Assembly (NCBI RefSeq): GCF_006345805.1
Contig: NC_043016.1
Span: 13,764,001-13,828,000 of the forward strand
Origin: Octopus sinensis
Lineage: Eukaryota
Direction: 5' to 3'
DNA length: 64,000 nucleotides
In this document: in pieces, positions 26,158 through 38,959 of the stretch
Layout of the letters: every line of letters begins with the position of its first letter
Numbering within the stretch: position 1 is the first letter of the stretch
Translations under genes and position numbers: made by a program
Notes under the pieces: generated by a model
Told to the model about the DNA's origin: nothing
The model's input: only the letters and a program-made list of their open reading frames with translations
Databases searched by the model: none

Positions 26158-26540
26158 AGATAACATCGTTATTTTAAATAGCGATCAAATCTAGTGGCAG
26201 CATGTAAAGAAAAAAACCTTATAGATTATAATCAATACTATCAATACTCCAGCTTTTTGTTTTTGTACGTACCTGTGGTGTATGTCACACTTACTTCAAA
26301 GGACAGAGTAGGTATACTTGAAATGAGTGGTGATGGCGTTTGTTTTGTGTTTTTAAATGTTTATCAATATTTTCAGAGTAGACATCTCAAGAAAAGTAGA
26401 TACATAAAGCAAAAGAAAAGTTGATACGTAGATACATACATACATTGTTGAATTAAAAGTTTTTTAATATAGTTTTTTCTTCACATGCTGCCACTAGATT
26501 TGATGACTATCTATTTAAAATAACGATGTTATCCTTTTGT
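26158..26540. mobile_element. MITE-like element with about 70-bp terminal inverted repeats
   Basis: aagataacatcgttattttaaatag...caaatctagtggcagcatgtaaagaaaaaa vs tttttcttcacatgctgccactagatttg...ctatttaaaataacgatgttatc. Confidence 0.65.
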
Positions 26541-26910
26541 GCCGTCAAGACTATTGAAAAGGTTGCAAGATGCAACGAAAATTTTAGGAAAATAAAAATA
26601 AGAAATAAGTGAAAATTTTACCGGTGAGTGTGTTACATTATAAGGCACAAAAAGAAAATCTCCCCAAACACAACAGAATATGCTTCAACACACAAACTCA
26701 TATAAAGAATCTTGCAAACCAAATCCAAAAACAAAAGATGTTATTCCTATTTATATACTTACATACATACATACATACATACATACATTATTATGGCTGC
26801 CCCCTCGTTATCGAGTATGGCCATTGCACGACGCTTAACTGTTATTGATGCTGTGATCGAATGTGACTTTTTAGCCCAGCTACATATCTACAATGTCTTG
26901 TATAGAATTG

Positions 26911-27415
26911 TCAACTAAAACCTTTACCGGTAATAGCCAGCTGTAGTTGTAACTGGGCTTCATGTACCTTTGCATGTCGTTTAAGTCCTCCTGCTGAATT
27001 ACACTCTGCCCGACAGATATGATTAGTATGGTGTGTTACACCACCACCAGTGGCCAGGTTGTTACTCATCTGTCTCACTTTATGACTACGAAGATGACTC
27101 TTGAGTCCCTTGTAACATGTAACCCAGTACAACCTGTTGCATGGTCGGGTCATCAGCGACTAAACCGGCAACCCCACCAAGCAAGCTTGGTGAAGAGGGT
27201 GTTTATTGGACACCCTGCAGGATGAAAAACAAAACCTGTCAAAGGGCGGAGGAACTCTTGAGAGTCAACGGCCATCCAATAAATGCCTTAAGGCTGTAAT
27301 CATGCGCGGGGACATAGAAATAATCGGACTGAAACCTGATCGCGCGGTTAAACCATTGGGAGTGAAGGACTCCTAGCCTTTGTTAGGGCATCATTCTAGG
27401 AGAAGGTAACTCAGG
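26911..27415. mobile_element. LINE fragment: C2H2-like C-terminus (minus) next to a putative RTE-type 5'UTR segment (plus)
   Basis: ORF 26911-27153(-) GLKSHLRSHK...ICRAECNSAGGLKRHAKVH resembles RTE-type C-terminal zinc fingers; ...ctaggagaaggtaactc resembles RTE 5'UTR motifs. Confidence 0.4.
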
Positions 27416-27445
27416 TAACATACATACATACATACATACATATAT

Positions 27446-27850
27446 CTCATCATCATCGTTTAACGTCCGCTTTCCATGCTAGCATGGGTTGGACGGTTCA
27501 ACTGGGGTCTGGGGAGCCCGAAGGCTGCACCAGGCAGTCAGATCTGGCAGTGTTTTTCTACAGCTGGATGCCCTCCTAAACCAACCACTCCGAGAGTGTA
27601 GTGGGTGATTTTATGTGCCACCGACACAGGTGCCAGACGAGGCTGGCAAACGGCCACGCTCGGATGGTGTTTTTTATGTGCCACCGACACAGGTGCCAGA
27701 CGAGGCTGGCAGACGGCCACGCTCGGATGGTGTTTTTTATGTGCCACCGACACAGGTGCCAGATGAGGCTGGCAGACGGCCACGCTCGGATGGTGTTTTT
27801 TTTTATGTGCCACTGACACAGGTGCCAGACGAGGCTGGTGGACGGCCATA
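27446..27850 (-). mobile_element. RTE 3'UTR fragment with a 4-copy, 63-bp tandem array
   Basis: (cat)n tail on plus, then the shared RTE 3' end; units begin atgtgcc at 27613, 27676, 27739 and 27805. Confidence 0.85.
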
Positions 27851-28479
27851 TTATATATATATATATATGAATTAAAAGTGGGAGAGAGGAGGGACAGAGA
27901 GAAAGTGAGAGAGACAGTAGATACATAGATCAAAGCAAAAGTTGATGCAAAAGTACTTAGACACATTGTTAGATCAAAGACAAATAACTACACTTTCACT
28001 TTTCATTACCACACAAAGATAAAATTAACTCACAAGTGGCTGAGTATTCCACAGGCATGGGAGATTCAACCTCACACAGAATATGACAAGGCTGGCCCCT
28101 TTCAGTTACAACTACAACTCATTTTGGCCAGCTGGGTGGACTGGAACAAGATAAACCTTCAAGTGGTTGGAAGAAAATGAAAAAAAGATCCTATGTAGGG
28201 GCAGGAAAATCTTTTTAGTCATGAGGGTGTTAATCCGGTCTTAACAGCAGCATTTGTGGGTTTCACAGATCTGGAGGTGAAGCCCCAAGATAAATACCGA
28301 TGACAGTCTTTTGTTATCAAACTGAGCTTGAATCAAGGATGAAATCACACAACAAAATAGCAATTGTTCCTTCTTAATTAATTCTGCTTATACTAAACAT
28401 GACATTGTTGCCTTTTGATATGGAACATTTCCTTTTCTTTCACTTTTTTAAAAATGATACTCCATCGATCACAACAACA

Positions 28480-28775
28480 AGGTTCCTGTTTATCTGATCA
28501 ACAGAACAGTCTGCTCGTAAAATTAATGCGCAGGTGGCTGAGTACTCTGCAGACATGCATACCATAATGTAGTTCTCAGGGAGATTCAGCCTCATACAGA
28601 ATGTAATATGGCCGGTCCCTTTGAATTACAGCTACAATTCACTTTGCCAACTTAGTGGACTGTAGCAAGGTGAAGTAGAGTACTTTGCTCAAGAACACAG
28701 TGTATTGTAGGGAATCGTACTCACGACTTTACGATCATGGACTGAATACCTCTAATCACTGAACCATGCCACTTC
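28480..28775 (-). mobile_element. SINE-like repeat (family C related), decayed
   Basis: Similar to 28030-28140 and to the reverse complement of 46620-46850. Confidence 0.5.
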
Positions 28776-29291
28776 ACTCTTTTAACCGTAGAGAAAATGA
28801 GTGAAGCGATGGAGACAGAAAGGAGGGCCTCAGTCATTTAAAATGACAATTTGACTGAGATACGATCAATGTTTTCAAGAACAATGGAGAAGAGAGAAAG
28901 ACATTTAGCAATGAACAGAAGGAAAGTTTTTTCAGGTGTTTATGTTTTTATTCTGGGAGTTCTAGAACGATTGAGTTTTAGTTCTCTCTTCTTCCCCCTC
29001 CTCCACAAGTACTTACGTCTTTTGGTCGGGGAGGAAAGACTATGTTTTTTTTTTACAGGCATGTTTTTTTACGTCTTCTCTACAAACCACAAACAAGCAC
29101 CCCCACCCCATCACCACCCCACCTACTTCGACTAAAGGGCAGTGCTCCAGTATGGCCAAAATCAAATGACTGAAACAAGTAAAAGAATAAAAGAATGCTA
29201 GAAAAACGTTCTGTACCACTAAACCAAGAAGGTTCTTTGAATATACGTAATTTACATTTGACGGATATTTGTCCTCATCTTGTTTGTTGTT

Positions 29292-29337
29292 AACACAATG
29301 TTTCAGCTGATATACCCTCCAGCCTTCATCAGGTGTC
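29292..29337 (-). ncRNA. Minimal type I hammerhead motif with CpG decay
   Basis: Minus: GACAC-CUGAUGA-A-GGCUG-gaggguauau-CAGCU-GAAA-CAU-U-GUGUU; stem III would be palindromic ACGU before CpG-to-CpA decay. Confidence 0.65.
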
Positions 29338-29607
29338 TTGGAGAAATTTCGAGCCTGGGTTCTCATTCCTAAGGTATATTTCGTTGTTGTTGTTGTTATT
29401 ATTATTATTATTATTCAGGTCACTGCCTGGAATCGAACTCAGAATCTTGGGGTTAGTAACCTACTGTCTTAACCACTATGCCATATCCATATTCTTTGAA
29501 TATGTACGATGTATTCTAAGGTTAAATAGTAATTCTGTTTACATTTGTGTAACTGAGATATTTTAGTTGGATTATATAGTTATTGGTTTTATACTTCTTT
29601 CTATATA

Positions 29608-30886
29608 TTAGGTCATCAAGTATGAGATTTGTAGAAAAGAAAAAAGTTTGCTAATGTTTTATAAATTCAAGAAATAGTTTTATTCATCAAAGTATGGATC
29701 CATACTGTCAATACACCTTTGCCATTTCAGTGGTAGCTTGTCCAGCCCAGAACTGTAAAAGCCTGGCCATCTAGAGTCAATAAAATCTTGGAAGGTCTGC
29801 TTTACACCATTGTCGGAATTTAATTTTCTTCCCCATCAAAAAGTAATCTAAATTCTGGAAGAAGTGGTAGTCAGTGGAGGCAAGATCAGGTGAGTATGGT
29901 GGATAATAGAGAACTTCCAACTCCAACTCCTGTAGTTTTACCAATGTCATTTTTGTGATGTGTGGTGTGGCGTTGTCTTGCAATAAAATAGGGGTGGATC
30001 TGTTGACTAATCTAGGCTGGGTTTTTTGTAAGTTTCTGCATCATTTGGTCTAGTTGGCTGCAGTATACTTTGGCCATGATTGATGAGCCAGGTTTAATGA
30101 AATCATTATGGATCACACCTGCAGAAGACCACCAAACACATACTATCAGCTTCTTTTGATGAATTTTGCTTTTTGGACTGTTTTGGTGCCTCCTCTTGGT
30201 CCAACCATTGAGTTGAACGTTTATGGTTGTTTTATAGGATCATTTTTCATCACATGTTACAATTCGATTAAAAAATGCTTCATTTTTGTGACGAGAAAGT
30301 AGCATGATGCAGACTTCCAAATGTTGCTGTTTCTGATTTTCATTGAGTTCATGTGGAACCTACTTATCCAACTTTTTAACTTTACCGATTTGAACTAGTC
30401 AATATCATTTTCTTGCTAACACCAAACAACAAGGATAATTCACAGGCACTTTGAGATGGATCTGCCTCGATGGTGGCTTTCAGTTCATCATTAACCACCT
30501 TTGTTTCTGGTTGACTGTATTGCTCATTTGTGAGGTCAAAGTTACCAGAATGAAATTTTGCAAACCAATTTGATACTGTCTGCTGTGTAATAACATTAAA
30601 ATGAAATACTCCATTAATATTATGAGCTGTGTGTGATGGTGTATTTCCAAGAAAGAACTCATATTTCAAAACTGAACGAATTTCCAACTTATCCATCTCT
30701 AAACAAAAATAGCAAAAAGCGATTTATAAATACTTTATAAAGCACAAAATAAGTTAGAATAAAGAAACAGATGCCTCAGCTTTCTAACAAAAAATAAAGA
30801 TTGTCAAAATATAATAATGGCGCAAAATGAGCAGCTGTCAAAGTTTACCATGTACCTTACTACAAATTTCCTACTTAATGGCCTAA
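29608..30886 (-). mobile_element. Full-length decayed mariner transposon with TIRs and TA target duplication
   Basis: TIRs ttaggtcatcaagtatgagatttgtag / ctacaaatttcctacttaatggcctaa, TA on both sides; ORFs MDKLEIRSVLKYEF...VSNWFAKFHSGNFDL (HTH) and QDNATPH...YPPYSPDLASTDYHFF. Confidence 0.9.
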
Positions 30887-31156
30887 TACTGTAAGTGTTA
30901 CTATATAGAAACATTCCACATGGCACCAGCACACAATTTACAAATGCTTACATTTTTTATATTTTCTGCAAAATTTTCATGGGTCCAGCTAGTAATTATT
31001 AAAATTATAAACAAGGGTATCCAATTTTTACTAGTTTATTTGTCTTTTTTCATCTTGTGTTGTATTGAATACTTAATGTAGTTTTAGAGTCAGGTTTTGA
31101 CTGCTATTTCAAGCATGGTGGTTACTCTTAGACATCCTTGTTTTTGATTTTATATA

Positions 31157-31231
<75 letters not shown>

Positions 31232-31556
31232 GTATGTATGAATATATATATATATATATAATATATATATTATATATATATATATACATACATACACACA
31301 CAGACACTGCACAACTACTTGTACATAGAAATTTCATTTTCCCACATATCTGCCATTATTGAATTTTTTATGTTACCAAAATCTAGCAGTTGAAAGGTGT
31401 AACTAGTCCCACAGTCAGGTGTCAATAAAGATAGGATTGGGAAAATAGTTTTTATTAAGCTGTAATACAGTGAATAATGAATTCATATTGTACAGGACTA
31501 GTATTCACCACTAATTTTTTTTTTGTCTTTTTGTCATTTTTTCAACCTTTCACCAG

Positions 31557-31593
31557 ATCACAATCACAGGAGGAGCTGAATTCAGAATGTTGT
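31557..31593 (+). other. Strong 3' splice site opening a candidate exon (end uncertain)
   Basis: Branch point cactaat (31509-31514), about 40-nt pyrimidine tract, caccag|; frames give RSQSQEELNSECC..., DHNHRRS* or ITITGGAEFRMLCE*. Confidence 0.3.
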
Positions 31594-31674
31594 GTGAATA
31601 AACTTCTTGGCATTTTAACAGTGTTTCTTCTGTTTATTGTAATAAAAATTTCAGGACTATGTAACTGTGTTAGG

Positions 31675-32100
31675 TGGAGGTGTGGCAGTGTGGTAAAAAT
31701 TTTGCTTCTCAACCACACCGTTACAGGTTTAGTCCCATTGTGTATTTCCTTGGGTAAGTGTCTTCCTATATAGCTACAGGCTGACCAAAGCCTTGTGAGT
31801 GGATTTTGGTAGACAGAAACTGAAAGAAAACCAGTCTGTGTGTGTGTGAGAGAGAGAGAGAAAGAGTTTTTGTATGTATCAGTGTGTCTTTGTTTCTGTG
31901 TTTGTCCACGATCACTATCACCACCATTTGGCAATGGGTGCTGGTGTGTTTAGGTTTAGCAGTCCAGCAAATGGGACTGATAAAATAAGTGCGAAGCTTG
32001 AAAAAACATCAACTAAATATTGGGGGGGTTGACCCAATTACTAAAAATTATTTGAGGTAGCACCCCAGCATTGCAACATTCTAATGATTGAAACAAGAGA
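31675..32100 (+). mobile_element. Family-A SINE, decayed
   Basis: gctgaccaaagccttgtgagtggattttggtagacagaaactgaaag core. Confidence 0.7.
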
Positions 32101-32299
32101 TAAAAGTTATCTACTTACCACTCAGTGGATGCAGCTGCTGAAAGCAAAGTGTTTTCACTTCAGACAATTAAGTTGAGCCTTTGGTTACTCATCCCTCAAC
32201 TAGTTACCCATGGCTCTATTGGCTATTACCCCTTCTGCTGATGATGACTAATATTCTGTTAGTGTCTAATATTATTACGTTTATAATATTAGTTCCAAA

Positions 32300-32525
32300 A
32301 AAGGCGGCGAGCTGGCAGAAACGTTAGCACACCTGGCGAGATAATTAGTGGTATTTCTTCTGCCAATTAGATTGACCCCAGTGCGCAACTGGTACTTAAT
32401 TTATTGACCCCGAAAGGATGAAAGGCAAAATCGACCTCGGCGGAATTTGAACTCAGAACGTAACGACGGACGAAATACCGCTAAGCATTTCACCCAGCAT
32501 GCTAACGTTTCTGCCAGCTCACGGC
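32300..32525 (-). mobile_element. Family-B tRNA-SINE (two partial heads)
   Basis: ttgaccccgaaaggatgaaaggcaaaatcgacctcggcggaatttgaactcagaacg is the reverse complement of the 41584 copy. Confidence 0.8.
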
Positions 32526-33739
32526 TTAATAACAATTCTGCCTGCTCACCATCTTCATGTATATGTATATTGAAAAATTTTTCAGTGGGTGAATGATAAC
32601 CATGTTTTAAATGCTTTATCAAAAGCATAACAATAATAGATGATGATATATTTAATGAGTTTAAATTATGCAATAGAACAATTCTATAATATAATCATAA
32701 TTGATATACTTTTAATTTATATGTGTTGTTTAAATGCCAGAAGTTGTGGCTTTGCCAAGCTCTGATGTATATTGTGTTTTTTAGCACTATACAACTTTAG
32801 GGATTTTTCCAGGACACAAAAAAAACCCCATAGCTACTGGCATTTAACCAATGCACACATGTTAAATATGTGATATTGATAACATTCACATTACAGAGCT
32901 GTTTCCATTGTATAATCTGAGTTTATTCAACTTATGCTGCACCTTTGCAAATCAACAAATAGTTTTTATACTGTCTGTTGCATAGACATTTATAGACTAG
33001 CATTGATAAACTGCAAATACAGCAAAATAACATATCTGCTGTTCTTGTGATCATGATTTTATTTTGACTATCTCTGAGGTATGTTGCGTTTTTTAGCACT
33101 ACGTGTCTTTAAAAGGATTTTTCCAGATGAAAATAAAAAACAAAAACAAAAAACTCACATACAACATTTGGCATTTTTAGCATCACCATCATCATCAGCA
33201 TCAGCATTAGCATTTAACATCTGTTTTCCATGCTGGCAAGGGTTGGACAATGTTAAATATATGGTGTTGATATATTTAATAGTCTGTTAGTCATATACAT
33301 CAGTTAGTTTATGATTGACAACATCTAGAAAATAAAATCAGTATATGTGTGTATGTGTGTGTGTGTGCGTGCGTGTGTGCATGTGTGTGTATGTGTGTAC
33401 ATGTGTGTGTTTGTGTTTGCATGTGTGTGTACAGTATGTGTCATGTATGTGTGTGAATGAGCAAGTAGGTGTGAGTTAGTGTATGCTACACCATTATACA
33501 TCAACTATATATATATATATATATATGAAACAGCTGTAAGTGATTTTAATGATTTTAATAATTTATATTAAGGTTTTTTAATTGTATTCTTATCTTATAT
33601 GTATTTAATTTTAATGTATATATGTATGTAATTATGGTTGTTGTTTTGTTAAATCAATAAGTCAACATCCTAATATCCTGAAGCTGATAAACCAGCCAAA
33701 TTGTTTCTCCATTTTCTTATTTGTAATATATACTCTCTC

Positions 33740-34135
33740 CCTTTTTACTCTTTTACTTGTTTCAGTCATTTGACTGCGGCCATGCTGGAGCACCGCCTTT
33801 AGTTGAGCAAATCGACCCCGGGACTTATTCTTTGTAAGCCCAGTACTTATTCTATCGGTCTCTTTTGCCGAACCGCTAAGTGACGGGGACGTAAACACAC
33901 CAGCATCGGTTGTCAAGCAATGCTAGGGGGACAAACATATACACACACACATATATATATATATATAGATATATGCGACAGGCTTCTTTCAGTTTCCGTC
34001 TACCAAATCCACTCACAAGGCATTGGTCGGCCCGGGGCTATAGCAGAAGACACTTGCCCAAGATGCCACGCAGTGGGACTGAACCCGGAACCATGTGGTT
34101 GGTTAGCAAGCTACTTACCACACAGCCACTCCTGT
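33740..34135 (-). mobile_element. Family-A SINE, young full-length copy
   Basis: Near-identical reverse complement of 62826-63312 with CpGs retained. Confidence 0.9.
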
Positions 34136-34329
34136 ATATATATGTTATATATGTTTTCTTGCAAACAATTTGTAGACACACACTAACTCACACATACTCA
34201 TTCACACACATACATGACAAATACTGTACGCACACATGCAAACACACTCTCTCTCTCTCTCACACACACACACACAGATGTACACACTTATAAATCCCAT
34301 ATTAGCCAAGTTTTTTTTAATGTTTTTTG

Positions 34330-37200
34330 CATTTAGAATTTCAAAGGTTACCAAAGCCCCACATGCTTGGGATATTTAGAGTATGGGCAACAGAAAAATT
34401 AATGATTTGTATAGATCCCTGTGTGCTGCCATTTTGGATTTTTGAAATGGCTGTCACAAAATACATAAATTGCTCTAAGTTGGTATTTAATCAATTAAGA
34501 AGCATAACGAATTAGGTTAATCCTGTGTTTTCTGAGTCTTCATTACACTTCTAATCCTAACACCTGTTTTCTTTTAGAAGTTTGCATATTTCAAATGGTC
34601 AGTGGTACCAGATGATATACTTCTTAGAAATACAAGAAAATTCCACTCACATCTTTTAACCAATAAACTCTTCATTCAATATACTTGTTCCATGTTTCCA
34701 AAGAAAAAGAACCCACTTTTGGTATAGCTGTTCTAATTATTCTATATGATTCCTTTTTTTTTTAGGAAAAATATTTAAAGGCAGCTTTTCTGTTCCTCTG
34801 ATGATGTTCTGTACTTTCAGGGAATGACGACAGTGAAAGCCTCAACATCATCATCATCATCATTGTTTAATGTACATTTTCCATGCTGGCATGGGTTGGA
34901 TGGCTTCACAGGAGCTAACCAGCTGGAGAGCTGTTTATGCTCCAATTGTCTGTTGGTAGAAAATTTTAACATGGCATGGAGGCACTTGTTGTGAGTCCAA
35001 AGATGGAATCCTTTCAGAAACTACTTGGTGTTCTAATGAATCGATCCAGCATTCATGATGGACAATTTGTTACACTTAAATGATGCATCCAACGATGTAA
35101 GATATGGTTACTACACTGAGCATGACAAAAACTAGAGTTGTATAGCCTTATAATTTTGGTAGTGTCTGTTGGCACCAGTCGAGAAACTTAACAAACACCA
35201 CATTCTTGTCAAGAAACAAGAAGCAAAGAATCAATATCTGAAAAAATATCTGTGATTGGTTTATGGTTTCAGTTGGATTGATGTAAGACACTAATCAGAA
35301 GAATTCATTCAAGAACTACAAGCTATGAATCCCAGGCCACTGATTGCTTCAGATGGAATTATCATTTTATGTACTAATTGTTTGGAAAAAACAACAACCC
35401 ATGAGCACCAGCATCTGAGGGACATGTTCACGAAGGAGAAAAATCATCAAAATTTTCTGAAAACCAAAAAATTACTATTGCGGATAGCAGGGTGCTTGTC
35501 CAACAGCTGGCAAAGAAATTTGATACAATCAGCACAGTTACAGATCTCGGCCAACAGTTTAATGACAGGTTCTTGTGTTGACAGCTAATTTTGATAAGGT
35601 TATTCTGGTCTTCAACAAAAAAAGCTGATTCACTGAAGCAGAAATGATGACTACCCAAACAAACCATTTAGTAACAGATTGCTAATGACACAAATATTAA
35701 ATGCATTCCAATAAGATGGTTCCTATCTCATAAAAAGTTGATAACCAATGTAACTGAATACCTTATGAAAGCAGCTGTGAAGAATAATACCAAAAAAAAA
35801 AGAAAAAAAAGAAATCTTCTAAAAGTTAATCCTTATATCATCAGTATCAGTCTGCAAAAGAGGCAACTGTAATATGAAGTCTGAAGGTAATGGCAACGAG
35901 GTGGCTGTGACACTGATGTAGCGCAGATGGTTTTCTTCAGCGCCCAGATATCAATGTCTTGGAGTTTGCTGTTATACACTATTACAAACATGGCAAACTT
36001 ACTGTGATATGTATGGTATCAGGGACTGGAATGAGATAAGACATCAGCACAGCCGATATTCCATTCTATATATTCACTGGAGCAGAGAATGCCAGAAGGT
36101 TTACTGAAGTAGGAAAAACTCAGTGATTCCAACAACACTGATGAAACTCAAAGAGGAAGTTGACCAAACACAGACACCAAAAGATGCATTGGTCAGCTTT
36201 GTATGTTTAAAGAGTATCCTTGTAACACTCATATTCCTGATCTTTGGTGGTATTTGGTTTTGTAAACAACTTCAGAAGACAGCAATTGACATTCTACAAA
36301 TGGTACCCTTGAAAAGCACTTTGAATGTTTGTGCAAATGGTATAGGATGTGGTGCCAAACTTCTGAAATGCAGCAACAGCTGCTCTACTCAAATATTGTT
36401 ACTTTCAGGATGAACATGGTAAGATACCAAATATTGATATGAAAGTTCCAATGGCATCACCAACCATTGTGTCATTGGTCACATGTCAGTATAAGCTCTT
36501 TAACACAACCCAGAAGAATGGCTTGTGCAGACTTTTGTGTACCTGGAAATGACTGTGAAAACAATGTGTGTAGTAGTGCCAAATATGACACTCTGGTAGA
36601 AAGAAAGATATACAAAAGTAAATGACTGAACAATAACAGTTGTCAACTGTAGTTCCCAGGGTTGCATGTGAGCCCCGAGCATCCTTTCGGTGGCCCCTGA
36701 CAGTTTTCCTTCTATAAATATAATAAAAGTTTTTTTTTTATTAACTTGTATTTTACTTTTTTTGAAGTGGTCTCCTAAAATATGCGGGTTTTGGATCTGG
36801 TCTGGACATTAAAATGGTTGGGAATCATTGGCACAGACCCTATGTATAAGGTTGTAGTTCAACCTGAAGTCTAATAAAGCCGTTTCTTTTGTTTTATACC
36901 TATAACTTCAAAGACCTTGCAACTAGTATTATTTAATACAAATGTATGATGCATATAAAGACCATGTTTTTTAGATACCCTTGTTGTTTTATCTGTAATC
37001 ATTGGATTCCTTGACCCAGAAAATATAGGATTAGCATTATTAATTAAGTTTATAGATTGACTAGAAGCCAAGAGAGTGCAAAATATGTATTTTGTGTATT
37101 TTTGAAAATCTAAAATGGCAGCCATACTGGTATCTGTACAAATGCCAACATTGATTTTTAGATTCTCCATGCTCTAGTGATTAAAATAATGTATGTGTTT
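34330..37200 (+). mobile_element. Heavily decayed DNA transposon, possibly AcademX-like (XPG-type DTDV motif and C-terminal Cys-rich region)
   Basis: gacactgatgta (DTDV) near 35910; MASPTIVSLVTCQ...KNGLC...GNDCEN near 36450-36560; gccattttggattttt / aaaatctaaaatggc subterminal motifs at about 34430 and 37110. Many stops. Confidence 0.3.
36650..36835. mobile_element. hAT-like terminal fragment
   Basis: ggcccctgacagttttcc and ...ggttgggaatcattg (reverse complement CAATGATTCCCAACC, resembling a CAGTGGTTCCCAAC TIR). Confidence 0.4.
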
Positions 37201-37709
37201 GCTAATCGCCAAAAATTTGGAACAAAACTTATTTGTTAACATAGTGAAGTTGCCTATAAATATTGTGCTATGTTGCGTGGTTGTGAGAGGTGGGCAAGGA
37301 ATGTGGAGGGTCAGTGAAAGGGAATGAATAAGAGGAGAGTATGATATGTTTTTATGAGAAAATACCAACCTGCAAAACAAAATGCAAAAAACAAGAGAAC
37401 AGAAAGAGCAAATTGGCATCAAAGATATTGGAAGATGTGGGGGAGTTGATGGTACTGGTTTTTTATGTGTGATGCAAATGGATAAAAGAGTATTATGTGC
37501 GGACCATAAAGCGTTCCTGGCAAAAGCAAGCAAGCTATGGAACTTAATGTGGATAGATCTTAGACAAGATGAAATGACATGGAATCTAACAGACTGGCAG
37601 CCCATTGTTATTTTTTTTTCCTTGGTTTTGATGGTTTGGGAAATATAACAAAAAATATACACACTGTATTGATATTTGATTTAAATATGAAATAATTTTT
37701 TTGAAATAG

Positions 37710-37930
37710 ATCATCATCATCATCATCATCATCATTTAACGTCTGTTTTCCATGCTGGCATGGGTTGGATGGATTGACTGAGGTCTGGAGAGCTGGCGGC
37801 TGCACCAGGCTCCAATCTGATCTGGCAATGTTTCTACTGCTGGATGCCCTTCCTAATGCCAACCACTCCAAGAGTGTAGTGGGTGCATTTTATGTGCCAC
37901 CAGCAAAGGAACCAGTCAGGTGGGCCTGGC
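37710..37930 (-). mobile_element. RTE 3'UTR fragment
   Basis: (cat)n followed by ttaacgtctgttttccatgctggcatgggttggatgg...gtgccaccagc. Confidence 0.8.
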
Positions 37931-38439
37931 ACGAAATCATAATAATAATAACTTCAAATTTCAGTAAACAGCCAGCAATTTTAGTGTGTGTTTACGTGTA
38001 TGTGTGTGTGGGGGGTTTAGTTGCTTGTGTAAGCCCCAATACTCGTCTGGAACTTATTTTATCAAATAAGGGTGGAAGGCAAAGATGACCTCAGTTGTAT
38101 TTGAAATCAGAACTTCAAGAGCTGGAAGAAATGCTGCTAAGCATTTTGTCGGACGCACTAATGATATGCCAGAAAGTATTTTCTCTGACATGCTAATGAT
38201 TCTGTCAGCTCATTACCTTGATGAAGATAACGATGGTGATGACAATTGTAGTAGTAGTAGTAGTAGTAACAATGGTAGTGGCAGTAGCAGTAGTAGTAAG
38301 TGGCGGTGGTATTAGTGGTAACAGTGGTAGTAGTAGCAGCAGCAGCAGCAACAGTATTAGTATTAGTATTAGTAGTGGTAGTAGCAGCAGCAGCAGCAGC
38401 AGTAGTAATAGTTAGCAACAGCAGCAGCAGTAGTTGCAA

Positions 38440-38473
<34 letters not shown>

Positions 38474-38959
38474 CTAATTTCAAATTTTGGTACAAGGCCA
38501 GCAGTTTTAGAGAAAGGGCCGACTTGATTACATTAATGGCAGTGTTTCATTGGTACATAATCTATTGAAAGAATGAAAGGCAAAGTTGACCTCAGCACCG
38601 TTTGAACTCAGAACGAAATGCTGCTAAGTATTCTACAACAAACAAACTTGGTGTTGATAATTTTACAACCAGGCAGATAAGATTACTTGTTTAAATTCAT
38701 GTGAAATTTTTCCCCTTAAAAGAAACATAAAAATTTTTTTAAATGTAAAATGATCTGGAATTTATCAAAATAATTATGAAATATACAACAATACAGAAAG
38801 GAAAAATAAAAAAAATATCTGATACTAAAATACTTCGTCTGACCAGTCAATTCGTTAAGATAAAGGTCACAAGGAAATATAGGAAAAATACTGAATCGGA
38901 GGAAACTGATGGCAGTCAGCATCAACAGAAGTTAAACCATTAGAGTTTTTATCTTTTTA

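Noticed and set aside
27604-27850. CRISPR-like 63-bp repeats
   Set aside because: No unique spacers; part of the RTE 3'UTR.
32119-32157. Minus-strand exon candidate with a gtaagt donor
   Set aside because: The strong acceptors give 19 or 16 nt; the 39-nt frame-preserving version needs a poor GAAG acceptor.
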